Shown here piece after piece: positions 49,259 through 59,402 of a DNA stretch of 64,000 nt. The stretch's first letter is position 1, and every line of letters starts with the position of its first letter. Under the pieces are notes generated by a model that was not told where the DNA came from, made no database searches, and saw only the letters and a program-made list of their open reading frames with translations. The position numbers and the translations under genes were made by a program. The stretch covers positions 1 through 64,000 of IMG/VR virus record IMGVR_UViG_3300033153_013547. One strand, written 5' to 3'.

Positions 49259-49621
49259 TTATCTTACTACTTTATTCTTCCTATTATTCCAGAACTCAAT
49301 TAGTTGCTCAACATTATTTACTTCTGTATCAGGATTTCTGTCTTCCAATGTAGCAAGATCAAGCATAAGCCCACATTGTGTGCATGCTATCTCAATATCT
49401 CCATATTTTTCATACACACGTATCTCAGGCAAACCCTTACAAATAGGGCAGGGTTTTATGACTATTCCTTCATATACAATATCAACAGGATGAGCTCTAA
49501 GATCTTCTGGATCACCCAAAGATTCTAGATTTGTCTTCTTCAAGACAGACGACTTATGTTCTAGGTCCAAATTATTTTCACACATCATTATTGCCATCCT
49601 TTTACTAAATTTTTGGCACAT
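49259..49621 (-). CDS. Lar (restriction alleviation)-like zinc-ribbon protein
   Basis: IKPCPICKG...IACTQCG...IEFWNNR. Confidence 0.7.
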   Translation of the reverse strand: MCQKFSKRMAIMMCENNLDLEHKSSVLKKTNLESLGDPEDLRAHPVDIVYEGIVIKPCPICKGLPEIRVYEKYGDIEIACTQCGLMLDLATLEDRNPDTEVNNVEQLIEFWNNRKNKVVR

Positions 49622-49739
49622 TTTTCAGCCCTATACTTGGCTTGTAACGGACGATTTGCATTGTAAAATTCTCCAGAAAGGACTGGTAGTGTTATGATAA
49701 AATGTCCAACCAACAAAATATTCACCAAGTTGTGAAAAA

Positions 49740-50249
49740 CTAAGATGACTGGTCATATTCTTCTTGATCACCACTATTACTCTGAATCTCCCTGTTTTTG
49801 CTAACCATGTTGTCAAAAGTTGTCAAGACATTGATTACTTCCTGAATAGCATCTGCTGGAATAACAAATGTTCTGGAATCAGTTACTTCATGTAGTTCTA
49901 AGCCATCTATAACAATAGGCATGACCACAACATATTGCTCAACATTTTCATCAGTCCCTAAATTGACCAGAGAGAATTGTATTCTATCTTCTAAACTGGA
50001 AATGAACTGGTTGTCTTCACTAATACGTGCTGGGTATTTAAGTTCAAATATAGGACTAATAAAACCTGCATTGACCAGAACTTCTGCATTACCATAAGGT
50101 TCTTGAACAGCTTCAGTAGGTTTTGTTGCACTATGTGTTCCCCACCACATACCAACAAAAAATATAGCAACAAAAACAAACACAAGAAAGAGTAAAAAGA
50201 ACTGAATTCTTTGTTGTTCCTCATCCATGTTATCTCCTCTACCTGACAA
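49740..50249 (-). CDS. membrane-anchored hypothetical protein
   Basis: Single N-terminal TM. Confidence 0.65.
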   Translation of the reverse strand: MSGRGDNMDEEQQRIQFFLLFLVFVFVAIFFVGMWWGTHSATKPTEAVQEPYGNAEVLVNAGFISPIFELKYPARISEDNQFISSLEDRIQFSLVNLGTDENVEQYVVVMPIVIDGLELHEVTDSRTFVIPADAIQEVINVLTTFDNMVSKNREIQSNSGDQEEYDQSS

Positions 50250-50763
50250 ATATTTTGATCTTAGTATAGCCTTGATAGGCTAACTTGATCCTTACCTCAT
50301 TGATCCCAATAGATTTGACTATTACTGCAACACCAGATGGTGTTATATGCATATCTCCAGGAGAAAGGTTAGTTGTTGTGTTGTCTATAGTTGCTATCAT
50401 GTAATAGTTATTTCCTACTGCCCACACTTCGTAAATAATAATCACAACAGAGTTGATCTTTATACGTGCTTTATCAGCAAATGTCAATTCTTTAGTGTGA
50501 GGCTCAACAATAGAATTAGATGATACAAATGGATCACGACTACTATTGTCTCCAACAAGATTAGAAACAATACGATATTTTGTATCAACAATACGATCTA
50601 TGTTGAGATCAATATCTATGACATCAGGAACCTGCTGATCTTCTTCAAATGAAGAAGGCAAAGTAGGAACAGGACTTGTGTAATAATTAGAGTAAAGACT
50701 TAGTGAAGCAAATATTGCTATAACTAATATTGCACCTGCAAAAATTTTAGCATCATATTTCAT
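50239..50763 (-). CDS. membrane-anchored PilP/GspC-like protein
   Basis: N-terminal TM, Pro-rich linker, RDPF motif, then a beta-rich domain (A.I......L.PGD......VKSI..NEV.I). Confidence 0.5.
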   Translation of the reverse strand: MKYDAKIFAGAILVIAIFASLSLYSNYYTSPVPTLPSSFEEDQQVPDVIDIDLNIDRIVDTKYRIVSNLVGDNSSRDPFVSSNSIVEPHTKELTFADKARIKINSVVIIIYEVWAVGNNYYMIATIDNTTTNLSPGDMHITPSGVAVIVKSIGINEVRIKLAYQGYTKIKIFVR

Positions 50764-50775
50764 TACAAAATCTCC

Positions 50776-51195
50776 CTATCCTGCTGGTTCCCAAGTATGA
50801 CAAACAAATATGTCTATTCTTTGATGAGGAACAACAAAGAATCCATTTCTTTTTACTCTTTTGCCTTCATCATCAAGAAACAAGTATTCTATGTCAATAG
50901 GAGGTCCTTCATTCTCTAAATAGACATAAGAGAACTTCTTGAAGTTAGCCAATGAAATAACATTGTTATTTCTTGGACCAACAACAAGAAGTCTATAAGA
51001 ACTACCAGCATAATCTTTGCCAACAAGATATATGGTTTGTAGGCTATCATTTTCTATGATAAGTAAGGGTGAAGTATAACTAAACCCATTACTATTTGCT
51101 GGTGACTGGAAATTCCTACTAGCACAACTTGCTAACAAAACAACTACAATGATCATTGTAACAATAATAATTCTTCTCATAGTAAATACCTCCAA
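50776..51195 (-). CDS. putative lipoprotein
   Basis: MRR, hydrophobic stretch, LASC lipobox. Confidence 0.7.
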   Translation of the reverse strand: MEVFTMRRIIIVTMIIVVVLLASCASRNFQSPANSNGFSYTSPLLIIENDSLQTIYLVGKDYAGSSYRLLVVGPRNNNVISLANFKKFSYVYLENEGPPIDIEYLFLDDEGKRVKRNGFFVVPHQRIDIFVCHTWEPAG

Positions 51196-51341
51196 CTACC
51201 AATATTCATGTTTGTCAGTTTTGTCAGTATTTTTCCAAAATAGAAACATGAATATGCCTGATAAACAGAAACCACACCAAAACAGGAATTTCATAACTTC
51301 TCCATTAAGTAACTAAGAATATATCTTGATCATGATGAATC

Positions 51342-51854
51342 CTAAGCAAGAATAGTTATTTGTGATGAAATATGATAATCGCTAGCGTCCCAACCCTCAA
51401 GTCTTACAACCTTGGTTCCCGTTTCTTCATATTGTCTAGCATACCAATAATTTGTCTTTGATATAGATCCAATAGCTGATAACTGCATTTGTCCTATTAC
51501 TACACGATCATATTTCATAAGGCTAAGTTTCCCAAGTCTTATAGAAAACTTTGTAATAGCATCTTTAGCAGCATAATGATCAAGCACATATTTATATGGA
51601 ACAACCATACCTTTACTATCTAATTCCTGTCCTTGTAAAACTACCGAATGTAATGGTTCCTGTGTCTTATTGCACACAAATAGGGATAAGTATAGGTAGT
51701 AACCCCAGCCTTTTTTAGCAGATACTGATTCTACATAAGAACAAAAGTTATGTATTTTCACTGGATACTCAGTACCAGTTGATAGATCATCAATGGAAAT
51801 TAAGGGTACAGTGTCAATCATAGTTCTATCCTCAACAGTTGTTGCAAATGTCAA
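51342..51854 (-). CDS. hypothetical protein
   Basis: 170-aa ORF. Confidence 0.6.
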   Translation of the reverse strand: MTFATTVEDRTMIDTVPLISIDDLSTGTEYPVKIHNFCSYVESVSAKKGWGYYLYLSLFVCNKTQEPLHSVVLQGQELDSKGMVVPYKYVLDHYAAKDAITKFSIRLGKLSLMKYDRVVIGQMQLSAIGSISKTNYWYARQYEETGTKVVRLEGWDASDYHISSQITILA

Positions 51855-52094
51855 TTGATTTCACATCAATTGAAGGAACAAAGTCCTCCAAAATATTAGT
51901 CTCACACTAAAACAGGAATTTTTTCATCATTTCTCCAGATGCTTGAGAATTGTATCACTCCAAAGAATACTTTTCTTCACCTTCTCTAAGGCTTCCTCAA
52001 GAACATCTCTGGGAAGTGTTGCTTCTTGTTGCTTTTGAAGATCAAAAATATCATCTTCTGGTCTTTCAATTCCTCTAGATAAAACAAATAAATT

Positions 52095-52361
52095 TTACTC
52101 TCCTTCAAATTCTGAGTCTATATCAGAGTTTTCATCTAAGTGCTCAATACCCATAGCATCATACATATCTTTACCAACAACTTTCCAGTCCTTTTCTAAG
52201 GCTTGTTGATCAATCACATGTCCAGGAAGGTTTCTATATTTCCAGAGAGTATTAGACAAACCAAAGGGATTGAATGCATCACCCATACCTAACAAAAAGG
52301 GCTTGATCCACTTACCAAATTGTTTGAGCCATTTTTTGATCATGATGAATCCTAATAACAT
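52095..52361 (-). CDS. hypothetical protein
   Basis: FLLGMG...D..AL..DW..VG.D. Confidence 0.6.
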   Translation of the reverse strand: MLLGFIMIKKWLKQFGKWIKPFLLGMGDAFNPFGLSNTLWKYRNLPGHVIDQQALEKDWKVVGKDMYDAMGIEHLDENSDIDSEFEGE

Positions 52362-52363
52362 TG

Positions 52364-52798
52364 TTAATTAATTTCTACACCAACACGTATAGTATTCATT
52401 TTTCGTAATGTTCTACGTGACGTTGAATGTGGCCAAAGAACATAACGTTCTGAGTGACACATCTTACGCAAGTCAGCTCGTATTGATTCTAATACCTTCA
52501 GTCTTGCTCGTAATGCGTCAAGTTCTCGTCGTTTGTTATTAGCCTTGGCTTCAACAATTGCAGCCAATGTTGCTTTAACATCTAATTTCATCAATGATTT
52601 ATAGGCAATTAGATCACGTCGCACCTTGAGCCACTTATTGATTCCACGTGCCAACAAAATATTACGCAGTATATCAATTTGTTGGTCATCAAGACCCAAA
52701 TACTTACGTGCATCAGCAATAACTAATTCTGGATTATTTTGCCGAAAATTCCAGATATTTGCTTTGGTTACTTCTAAACACGTGACTAATTCGTCCAT
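52364..52798 (-). CDS. hypothetical basic helical protein (CpG-rich)
   Basis: 144-aa ORF. Confidence 0.65.
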   Translation of the reverse strand: MDELVTCLEVTKANIWNFRQNNPELVIADARKYLGLDDQQIDILRNILLARGINKWLKVRRDLIAYKSLMKLDVKATLAAIVEAKANNKRRELDALRARLKVLESIRADLRKMCHSERYVLWPHSTSRRTLRKMNTIRVGVEIN

Positions 52799-52803
52799 CT
52801 CAA

Positions 52804-53148
52804 TTAATCTCCCTCTAGTGTCTCACTGATCTCAAGATCTGCCCAAGGAATTAGCATTGTGTCAGGTAAATTAGACCATCGTGGATGATCAAACAATAGA
52901 ATTCCACCCTTACGGGTATAATATCTAAGCCTACCTATTTTACCCTTGAATACACCAGAAGTAACAACAACATTGCTACCTACATCAATTGGAGGAACAA
53001 AGTCCTCCAAATTGTTTTCAAAATAGTCTTTTACAATTTTGTTTTCTACCATTTTTTTTCCAACCTTTTTTAATTGCCCAAGATTATTTTTGCCTAAAAC
53101 TTCACAATTGTGCCTTTTTAGGCAAAGGACAACCCTGGGCAATTGCAT
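52804..53148 (-). CDS. KOW-motif protein
   Basis: IDVGSNVVVTSGVFKGKIG. Confidence 0.6.
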   Translation of the reverse strand: MQLPRVVLCLKRHNCEVLGKNNLGQLKKVGKKMVENKIVKDYFENNLEDFVPPIDVGSNVVVTSGVFKGKIGRLRYYTRKGGILLFDHPRWSNLPDTMLIPWADLEISETLEGD

Positions 53149-53308
53149 CAGGATTAGTAATCAACGGATTTGTTTTACGATCAGCGTGTGGATTTTGGCA
53201 ACTATAAATCTCCCCATGTTTGCCATCGAGCTGAAAATACTTACAATCTCGGCATCTACTAATTTCACAATACGTTTTTTGGATGAATATTCTTACATCT
53301 TCACTCAT
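53102..53308 (-). CDS. small Cys-rich protein
   Basis: CRDCKYF...C...CPLP; GAGGAGG RBS. Confidence 0.6.
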   Translation of the reverse strand: MSEDVRIFIQKTYCEISRCRDCKYFQLDGKHGEIYSCQNPHADRKTNPLITNPDAIAQGCPLPKKAQL

Positions 53309-53641
53309 TTCTTCCTCCTCAAACTATACATCATAGTTTCAGAATCTACTAGATCCAAATAAGAAAACGATTCTTCTCTTCTATCTTCTCAGAACTAAGA
53401 TAGCTTGTCATCATGTTTTCCATATTCTTTGATCAATTTTGCAAGATGATTACGCACAATATTGTGATCACGCGCTAACATTGATATACCAAATATCAAA
53501 ACAATTAGAACTATAATATCAATCATTCTCTTTCTCCTTTTGTTTATCATCGTTCTTTTCTTCGTAAGCAATAACTTTTGGGACACTTTCTTCTTAGTCT
53601 CAAGAGTGACAACGAAGGAAATGCCTCAAACTCATTTTTTA

Positions 53642-55312
53642 TCACTTCTTCCTCCAACCAACAGCAGATTTCAACCTATACATCATAGTCTCAGGTTCTG
53701 TTGAATCCAAACCAGTAGCATAATCTAACAGATCTGACTCATCTTTGCCAAGATTTTTGTCAAGATGTTTAGAAATAATTCTAGGCTTCATAACTGATTT
53801 CTCAGTTTCCTCTTCAAATCCTATTTCTATAATTTTACCTATGTAATGATCAGGATGTAAATAAGCATCTCTTCTTACTTCATCTGTCAATCCAGTTCCT
53901 GCTTTGAATTGTTTTGTGCCATTTTGATTCTGAACAATAAACCCACCAATCATTTTACCTTTTAGTTTGTTTTGTCCAGGGAAGGTGTCTATAATTTCAC
54001 AATCTTCTGTGCTGAGAGCTTTCCATTTGACCATCTGAGAATTGAAATCACCTGTGGTATCCTTTCCCACTACTCCTTCACCATTAGCACTAACCACTTT
54101 TTCAAATAAGGTTTTGCCATCATCTGAGGAAATAGGGACACTAACAAAATTTGACTTCTGAGATCTAACCCAGTTCTCATATATTGCCCTTCTGTCAATA
54201 TATGGCAACTTATCTACTTTTTTACCATCAAATTGATAGACATCAAATATAACAAGTTTAGCCTTACCAGGCAGAATAGCCTGATTTTCTCTACTTTTGA
54301 CAGGCAAAGCATTAGACAATCCTGCAATTATTTGTTCTCTTTCTTGTCCTGATTCAACATAAACCAACTCTGCCTTGAAAATAGTCTTACCATCAGGAAA
54401 TTTCAGTGTTTGCAACTCAGGATAATAATTATAAGTTCTATCAATTGTTTTACCATCCACTGAAATTCTATGGCTGGTAAGGGTAACAGATTTACCTTTA
54501 CTGCCAGAGATATTTACATGTGCTCCCTTGTGTTTTTGTTCCCAAATAATCTTTGGATCACTAAGAGCAGCTGTTACCAAATGTTTTGCAGAAGAATAGA
54601 TTCCTTTGTCTAATCTAACAGCCTTGGAATCTTTCAAGTCACTTTTTGTATAAAGCCATTTACCATTTTTGTTAGTAAGTGTAACCTTTTCATTAGACTC
54701 AGTAATAAACTGAATCTGATCTTCATTACATTTAGTGACTAGAATTTTACCATCATAGACATTTCTAACTTTGCCTTTGCCATAACCTTCTGGTATCTCA
54801 AACCATTTCTTGCTTATTTGATCAGACCAGTTGATTGTATGATCATTAGTCCTAATCATTTGTAATTTCTTGTCAGGTAAAACACCCTTCCTGGTTACAA
54901 ATGACATAGCAAACTTATTACCATACCTATTGACCAAGTGAATTCTATAATCATAGTGCAATCCTGCTTTGTCTGCTACATGTTCTTGAATAACAAGTCT
55001 GGTAAGTTTGCCTTCGTTAGTTTTGCTAGGAACATCAAGTAAGACAGAAGGAAAAATTCTCTTTACAAGGAAATTTGATTTCTCAACACCATATGAATTC
55101 TTGTGTTGAGAAATAGTTTGTTTGATCAATGGATTCACAAGATGATTGAGAAAAGAAATGATGTCTCTTTTGAATTCACAAACAAGATCAGTTAGAGCAT
55201 TAGCAAGACAATTCAAAGCCAAACTCCTTGTAAGATTATTATCTTCTGTCATAATCTCTAGATTGTTATGCATATTGCCAGTGACAACAAGTCTAATATT
55301 TTCATAAATCAA
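53642..55312 (-). CDS. LigD-type 3'-phosphoesterase fused to an ATP-dependent DNA ligase
   Basis: PE domain: VIQEH.A...LHYDYR, TNDH, IPEGYGKG.V..YD.G. Ligase: EQKHKG, AEL, IFDV, EGVVGK, VKWK, OB fold GTGLTD..R. Confidence 0.85.
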   Translation of the reverse strand: MIYENIRLVVTGNMHNNLEIMTEDNNLTRSLALNCLANALTDLVCEFKRDIISFLNHLVNPLIKQTISQHKNSYGVEKSNFLVKRIFPSVLLDVPSKTNEGKLTRLVIQEHVADKAGLHYDYRIHLVNRYGNKFAMSFVTRKGVLPDKKLQMIRTNDHTINWSDQISKKWFEIPEGYGKGKVRNVYDGKILVTKCNEDQIQFITESNEKVTLTNKNGKWLYTKSDLKDSKAVRLDKGIYSSAKHLVTAALSDPKIIWEQKHKGAHVNISGSKGKSVTLTSHRISVDGKTIDRTYNYYPELQTLKFPDGKTIFKAELVYVESGQEREQIIAGLSNALPVKSRENQAILPGKAKLVIFDVYQFDGKKVDKLPYIDRRAIYENWVRSQKSNFVSVPISSDDGKTLFEKVVSANGEGVVGKDTTGDFNSQMVKWKALSTEDCEIIDTFPGQNKLKGKMIGGFIVQNQNGTKQFKAGTGLTDEVRRDAYLHPDHYIGKIIEIGFEEETEKSVMKPRIISKHLDKNLGKDESDLLDYATGLDSTEPETMMYRLKSAVGWRKK

Positions 55313-55372
55313 TACTCATAGCATCATGCATATCTTTACAAATGAATCCTCGAAATCAGGATTTGAGACAAA

Positions 55373-55636
55373 TTATAGCAAGTCATGTTCTTCTACATAC
55401 TTTTGAACAGCCAACTTACATTTGTAAATGCATGGCTCAGAACCTTTTGCGAGCAAACCAAATCGAGAGCTAGATACTCTCCACTCTGGAGCCAATATAC
55501 TAATGGGATGACCCACAAATGTGATAATACGACCTATGGGTGACAGAAAATCAGCAAAGAAAAGAGGTGTGCCATTCAAGCCAAGCCTGCTTTCCCACAC
55601 AAGTGTTATCTCCATTTCACTATCTATCTTACTCAT
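55373..55636 (-). CDS. 'C-x-Y/H-K-A-K-L' paralog family member
   Basis: WRVS...GSEPCIYKCKLAVQ. Confidence 0.65.
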   Translation of the reverse strand: MSKIDSEMEITLVWESRLGLNGTPLFFADFLSPIGRIITFVGHPISILAPEWRVSSSRFGLLAKGSEPCIYKCKLAVQKYVEEHDLL

Positions 55637-55667
55637 ACTTTGCAGACAAGCAATTCTCCCATCATTA

Positions 55668-57318
55668 CTAACTAAGATTTTTGGCTGAACTATAAAATTT
55701 TAGTCTTCTCATAAAGAAGGTTACATATCTACATAATCTAACAACCACCATGATCAGCACTACTTCAATTGCTAATTCCCACAAGGCTGTTAGAATAGCA
55801 GAAACCAAGACTGCCCAAAGAATATGCCAAACAACATTTTTAGGCTTGATCCACTCAGATATTTCTCCAGAAGCCAGAGAAATGGCTGCTGCTGAAAATA
55901 TTCTGGATAGAGATAGTTTGGATATAACTTGTATAAAAATTCTAAGTATTGTTAGCACAATTTCTCCTTGTTATGCTGCTTTATGGGAATCAAAATAGTC
56001 TGTCTCATCTTCCTTGTTGTTTGACTCAACAAGAGTCAAGTATTCACGATTTAGTTTCACAGCAAAATCCACAGATGCCTGGAATGCTCCAGAAATGGTT
56101 AGCAAAAGACTAAATCCAAAAACTGCAGCACACACAATGCTCAGCCAAAGCAAATCAGTAAAAGCACAGAAAAACAGACTGGTAGAGCAAATAATTGCTG
56201 ACAAAATGGTAGATAAAGAATTCTGATTCATGTTATTCCTCCTGATCCTCCTCAAACTCATGATCAATTTCAGATTGCATGTCTGAAGCCAGATTATTGA
56301 TGTAAAACAACATTAGCATTACATAGCAAACACAACAAAAAATAGTAAGCCACACATGTATATTGACTACTGCTACAAACAATAAACCAGTGGCAAGTAT
56401 AACGATTATTATATTGATCATGGACATAATTTTACCTTTTTGACAGCCCTTTTGGCAAAACCTTTTGCAACAGGATCAGTAGAACAATTGTCAATTTCCC
56501 TAAGAACATCAGACAAGACCACTGGCAAATCATCTACAATACTAAAAACTAAATCTATAGCCTTAGATGATGCTTTTTTGGACAAAGCAATAATGATCAG
56601 AGCTATTTTGATCTTTATCACAGCAAGTTTGATATTGTTCTTGATCTTATGTGGAATCAGGGATAGTTTCTCCTTCATACGGAGCATTTTCAACTGGGTC
56701 ATAGTTATTCTCAGGTTCGAAACGAATTCCATGATACATTTCCTCATTGACTTCATCTATCAATTTTGCAGGATCTTTGAGAAAACCCCAGAATCCAGTG
56801 ATGAAATCAACTATTTCACCTATTTCTCCACATTTGTTTAGTGCCTGTTGTTCATACAGAAAATGGTCCAGGAAGAACCATATTCCTATTGTGGATATAG
56901 CAAGCATAATGATCAATCCTACAAGAGTAGGTGTCCATAGGATAAGTGCATGAAGTATTCCATATGTAACAGCAGAGGAAACCACAACACGCAATACCCA
57001 ATGATCAAGCTTTAGAGCCACAAGTGAATCTATAAATAGAAACAATGCATGACCACTAAACAAGAAAAAGGCATTGTTAATTGTTACAAGAGCAAAGAAA
57101 AGAATAAAGGCTAAAATAGGTGCTGATGAGGTAGCAAGCAATGCAGCAATCATACCATATATCATGGTGCAAATACCAAATAGTGTAGTTGCAATTACCA
57201 ACTTAGATACCTTGTGGTTTTTCATCTTACGAGCAAGATGAAACAAACCATAGAGAATTGCTGCACCTGTTGCTATTCCAGAAATTACAGCAGCAATACT
57301 AATAATAGCAGAAGTCAT
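55668..57318 (-). CDS. run of five small membrane/hypothetical genes (55668-55958, 55971-56267, 56233-56427, 56418-56756, 56647-57318)
   Basis: Tightly packed ORFs with predicted TM helices; 56647..57318 is polytopic with a GGAGG RBS. Confidence 0.6.
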
Positions 57319-57344
57319 GATTCCTCCAAGACTTGAAATATTAC

Positions 57345-57956
57345 CTATTTGTTACTCCGTGAGAGCTTTTTGAGAGCTCTGCTGAAACGACGAGGCATGA
57401 TATAACGAAATTCGTATAGAAAGTTCTGAACAATTATAGCAAACTTATTCCATTGCCACTTAGACTTATCAATAGATAGATAGAGCTTACAGCCATCTAT
57501 TTCTATGATCTTGGTAGCAATATCAGGTTTGTTAGAGTCAGAATATACAACAATCTTGCTAGCTAAAACCTCGTTGCATATATGATTTTTGTGTTCCAAG
57601 ATTGCCTGTTGAATTTCTAAGCATGTACTTATGTCAGGATCATTTGGGACAAAACCAATACCAAGCAATATTTTGTCTGCATATTTCAAATTGAGTTCTT
57701 TTCTGTAATGCTGAACATGGCTAACCAATTCACGAGCCTTACCTTCAACGACAAGATCAGATACAAGCGTTGTATCAAGGACAGCCATGAGATTATTGCT
57801 ACTACGAGAAGTATAACCTTCTTTCTCGGCAATGATGACTTCAATCTCATCTCTGAACATTTCAACCCACTTGTCATCAATCTTGACAAAAAACTGACCA
57901 TTGTCTTCAAAACGCCATCTGCCATTTTCAAGGTGTGTTGTCATAATACTTACCAA
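57345..57956 (-). CDS. stand-alone IleRS C-terminal (DUF5915-like) domain protein
   Basis: VLDTTL..DLV.EG.ARELV..VQ..RKE.NL...DKI...I..EVLA. Confidence 0.8.
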   Translation of the reverse strand: MVSIMTTHLENGRWRFEDNGQFFVKIDDKWVEMFRDEIEVIIAEKEGYTSRSSNNLMAVLDTTLVSDLVVEGKARELVSHVQHYRKELNLKYADKILLGIGFVPNDPDISTCLEIQQAILEHKNHICNEVLASKIVVYSDSNKPDIATKIIEIDGCKLYLSIDKSKWQWNKFAIIVQNFLYEFRYIMPRRFSRALKKLSRSNK

Positions 57957-58486
57957 GGAAGAACATATTCCAATATGTCTTCTACTTTTTCAGCAGGAAT
58001 AATGTTCAGATCATATTTTAGCAAGTCTTGGGAATAGTTTGAAGCAGGTAAAACCACTGCTTTCAAACCATTTTCTTTTGCTGCAAACAATTTAGCAGGA
58101 AGACTGCCAACAGAGGATATAAAACCATCAGATGATATTTCACCCATTATACCAATATCTGGATCAACAGATTTCATGGTTACCAGGCTTATTATAGCAA
58201 CAGCAATGGCTACTCCTGCACTGGATCCATCAAGAGGAATGGGAGAAGAAAACAAAAAATTGCGTAGAAAAAAAACCTCTGGATCAATATTTATGTCCAT
58301 ACTTTTGACTGCCATAAAGGCTGTCCTACAACTTTTACAAAATGAATTGCACAAACCATTGGCAAACAAAAGTTTTCCTTGACCAGCATCCAATTCAACC
58401 TTTATGGTTATCAATTTCCCTCGTATTGCCAAGCAACCATTCTTGGAACCAAGGGTTATTCCAAGACCAGTAGATACACCTATCAT
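57950..58486 (-). CDS. stand-alone Lon protease (S16) proteolytic domain
   Basis: PLDGSSAGVAIA, GEIS.DG.I..VG.L.AK..AA...G...V.LP..N (Ser-Lys dyad). Confidence 0.9.
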   Translation of the reverse strand: MIGVSTGLGITLGSKNGCLAIRGKLITIKVELDAGQGKLLFANGLCNSFCKSCRTAFMAVKSMDINIDPEVFFLRNFLFSSPIPLDGSSAGVAIAVAIISLVTMKSVDPDIGIMGEISSDGFISSVGSLPAKLFAAKENGLKAVVLPASNYSQDLLKYDLNIIPAEKVEDILEYVLPW

Positions 58487-58683
58487 CAGTTTTCTTCTTC
58501 TAATAGGTCTTCTTTGTGTCTTCTTTTTCTTGTATATTTTGTCTTGTCTCTATGTGGTCCTCTACCAGATCTCAAGAGAAATGGCAGAAGATCCTTTTTT
58601 TCTATTTTGGTTAGTAAATCCTTCTGTTTTTTCTTCTTGTTGCGCCGCCTCCGGCGGCGCCTGGCCTTTGTGTCAGTTTCCAT
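58486..58683 (-). CDS. small basic protein, ArfA-like C-terminal motif
   Basis: HRDKTKYTRKRRHK resembles the ArfA Y.RK.KH end. Confidence 0.45.
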   Translation of the reverse strand: METDTKARRRRRRRNKKKKQKDLLTKIEKKDLLPFLLRSGRGPHRDKTKYTRKRRHKEDLLEEEN

Positions 58684-58849
58684 CGTTATTTTTCAGTCCT
58701 TTTTCTGATGAAGCAAGAAATGGCATAATACAAAAAAGGAAGCAAAAGCCAAATTAGATTGAATTCTCCTCCAATCATGACACCCTCCTTTTCCCCTGAC
58801 GTGCCCATTACTTCGACGCGTGATGGGCACTGTATGGGTCGTGGTTAGG

Positions 58850-59164
58850 CTATTCCGCTCCAGAACAACAATATGCATATGTTCCTTTGGGCAACCGCGC
58901 AATAGCATCTGCGCCTTCCGGCCAGTGCCCCTGAACAACGTCGAGTTCGTATTGGCACGCGCAACTTGGGTCTTTAATAATAATTGCCTCTCCCTCTGGA
59001 AAGCGGCCTTGAATGACATGTTCAGCGTACCAGTAGCACCAATCCGGCGCGTCTTCGTGTTGAGTAAACTCCTTCCACGTGGCGGGTAATTGCTTTAGTG
59101 TGCCTTTACACGCGCCTGCCTTACGTGCCTTCTCGATACAATGCCTGTAATCTCTAGTTCTCAT
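58850..59164 (-). CDS. short helical-repeat protein (GC-rich island)
   Basis: Two repeats YA..VI.GRFPEGE..I / YE..VV.G.WPEG...I; AGGAGG RBS. Confidence 0.65.
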   Translation of the reverse strand: MRTRDYRHCIEKARKAGACKGTLKQLPATWKEFTQHEDAPDWCYWYAEHVIQGRFPEGEAIIIKDPSCACQYELDVVQGHWPEGADAIARLPKGTYAYCCSGAE

Positions 59165-59402
59165 TTACGTCCTCCTGTTTTATAGCTAATATCTGACCTA
59201 GCTCTTCATCAGACCACATAGACTTGTGAAGAGTTTCCAGAGCATTGGAAGGTTTGGTCTCTATTTTGAAGAAAGATGACAGATGTCTTGAAAAGATTGT
59301 TCCTATGGTAACTCCATAGATAAATACAACAATGAATGAGAGACTAAATGTAATAACTGCCATAGAAACTTCTAATCCCATAAAAAGGTATAGTAAGACC
59401 AA
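59154..59402 (-). CDS. small membrane protein
   Basis: One TM. Confidence 0.55.
   Translation of the reverse strand: MVLLYLFMGLEVSMAVITFSLSFIVVFIYGVTIGTIFSRHLSSFFKIETKPSNALETLHKSMWSDEELGQILAIKQEDVNEN

Noticed and set aside
58693-59019. Alternative-frame ORF overlapping 58850..59164
   Set aside because: No RBS or recognisable motif; likely a by-product of the GC-rich island.
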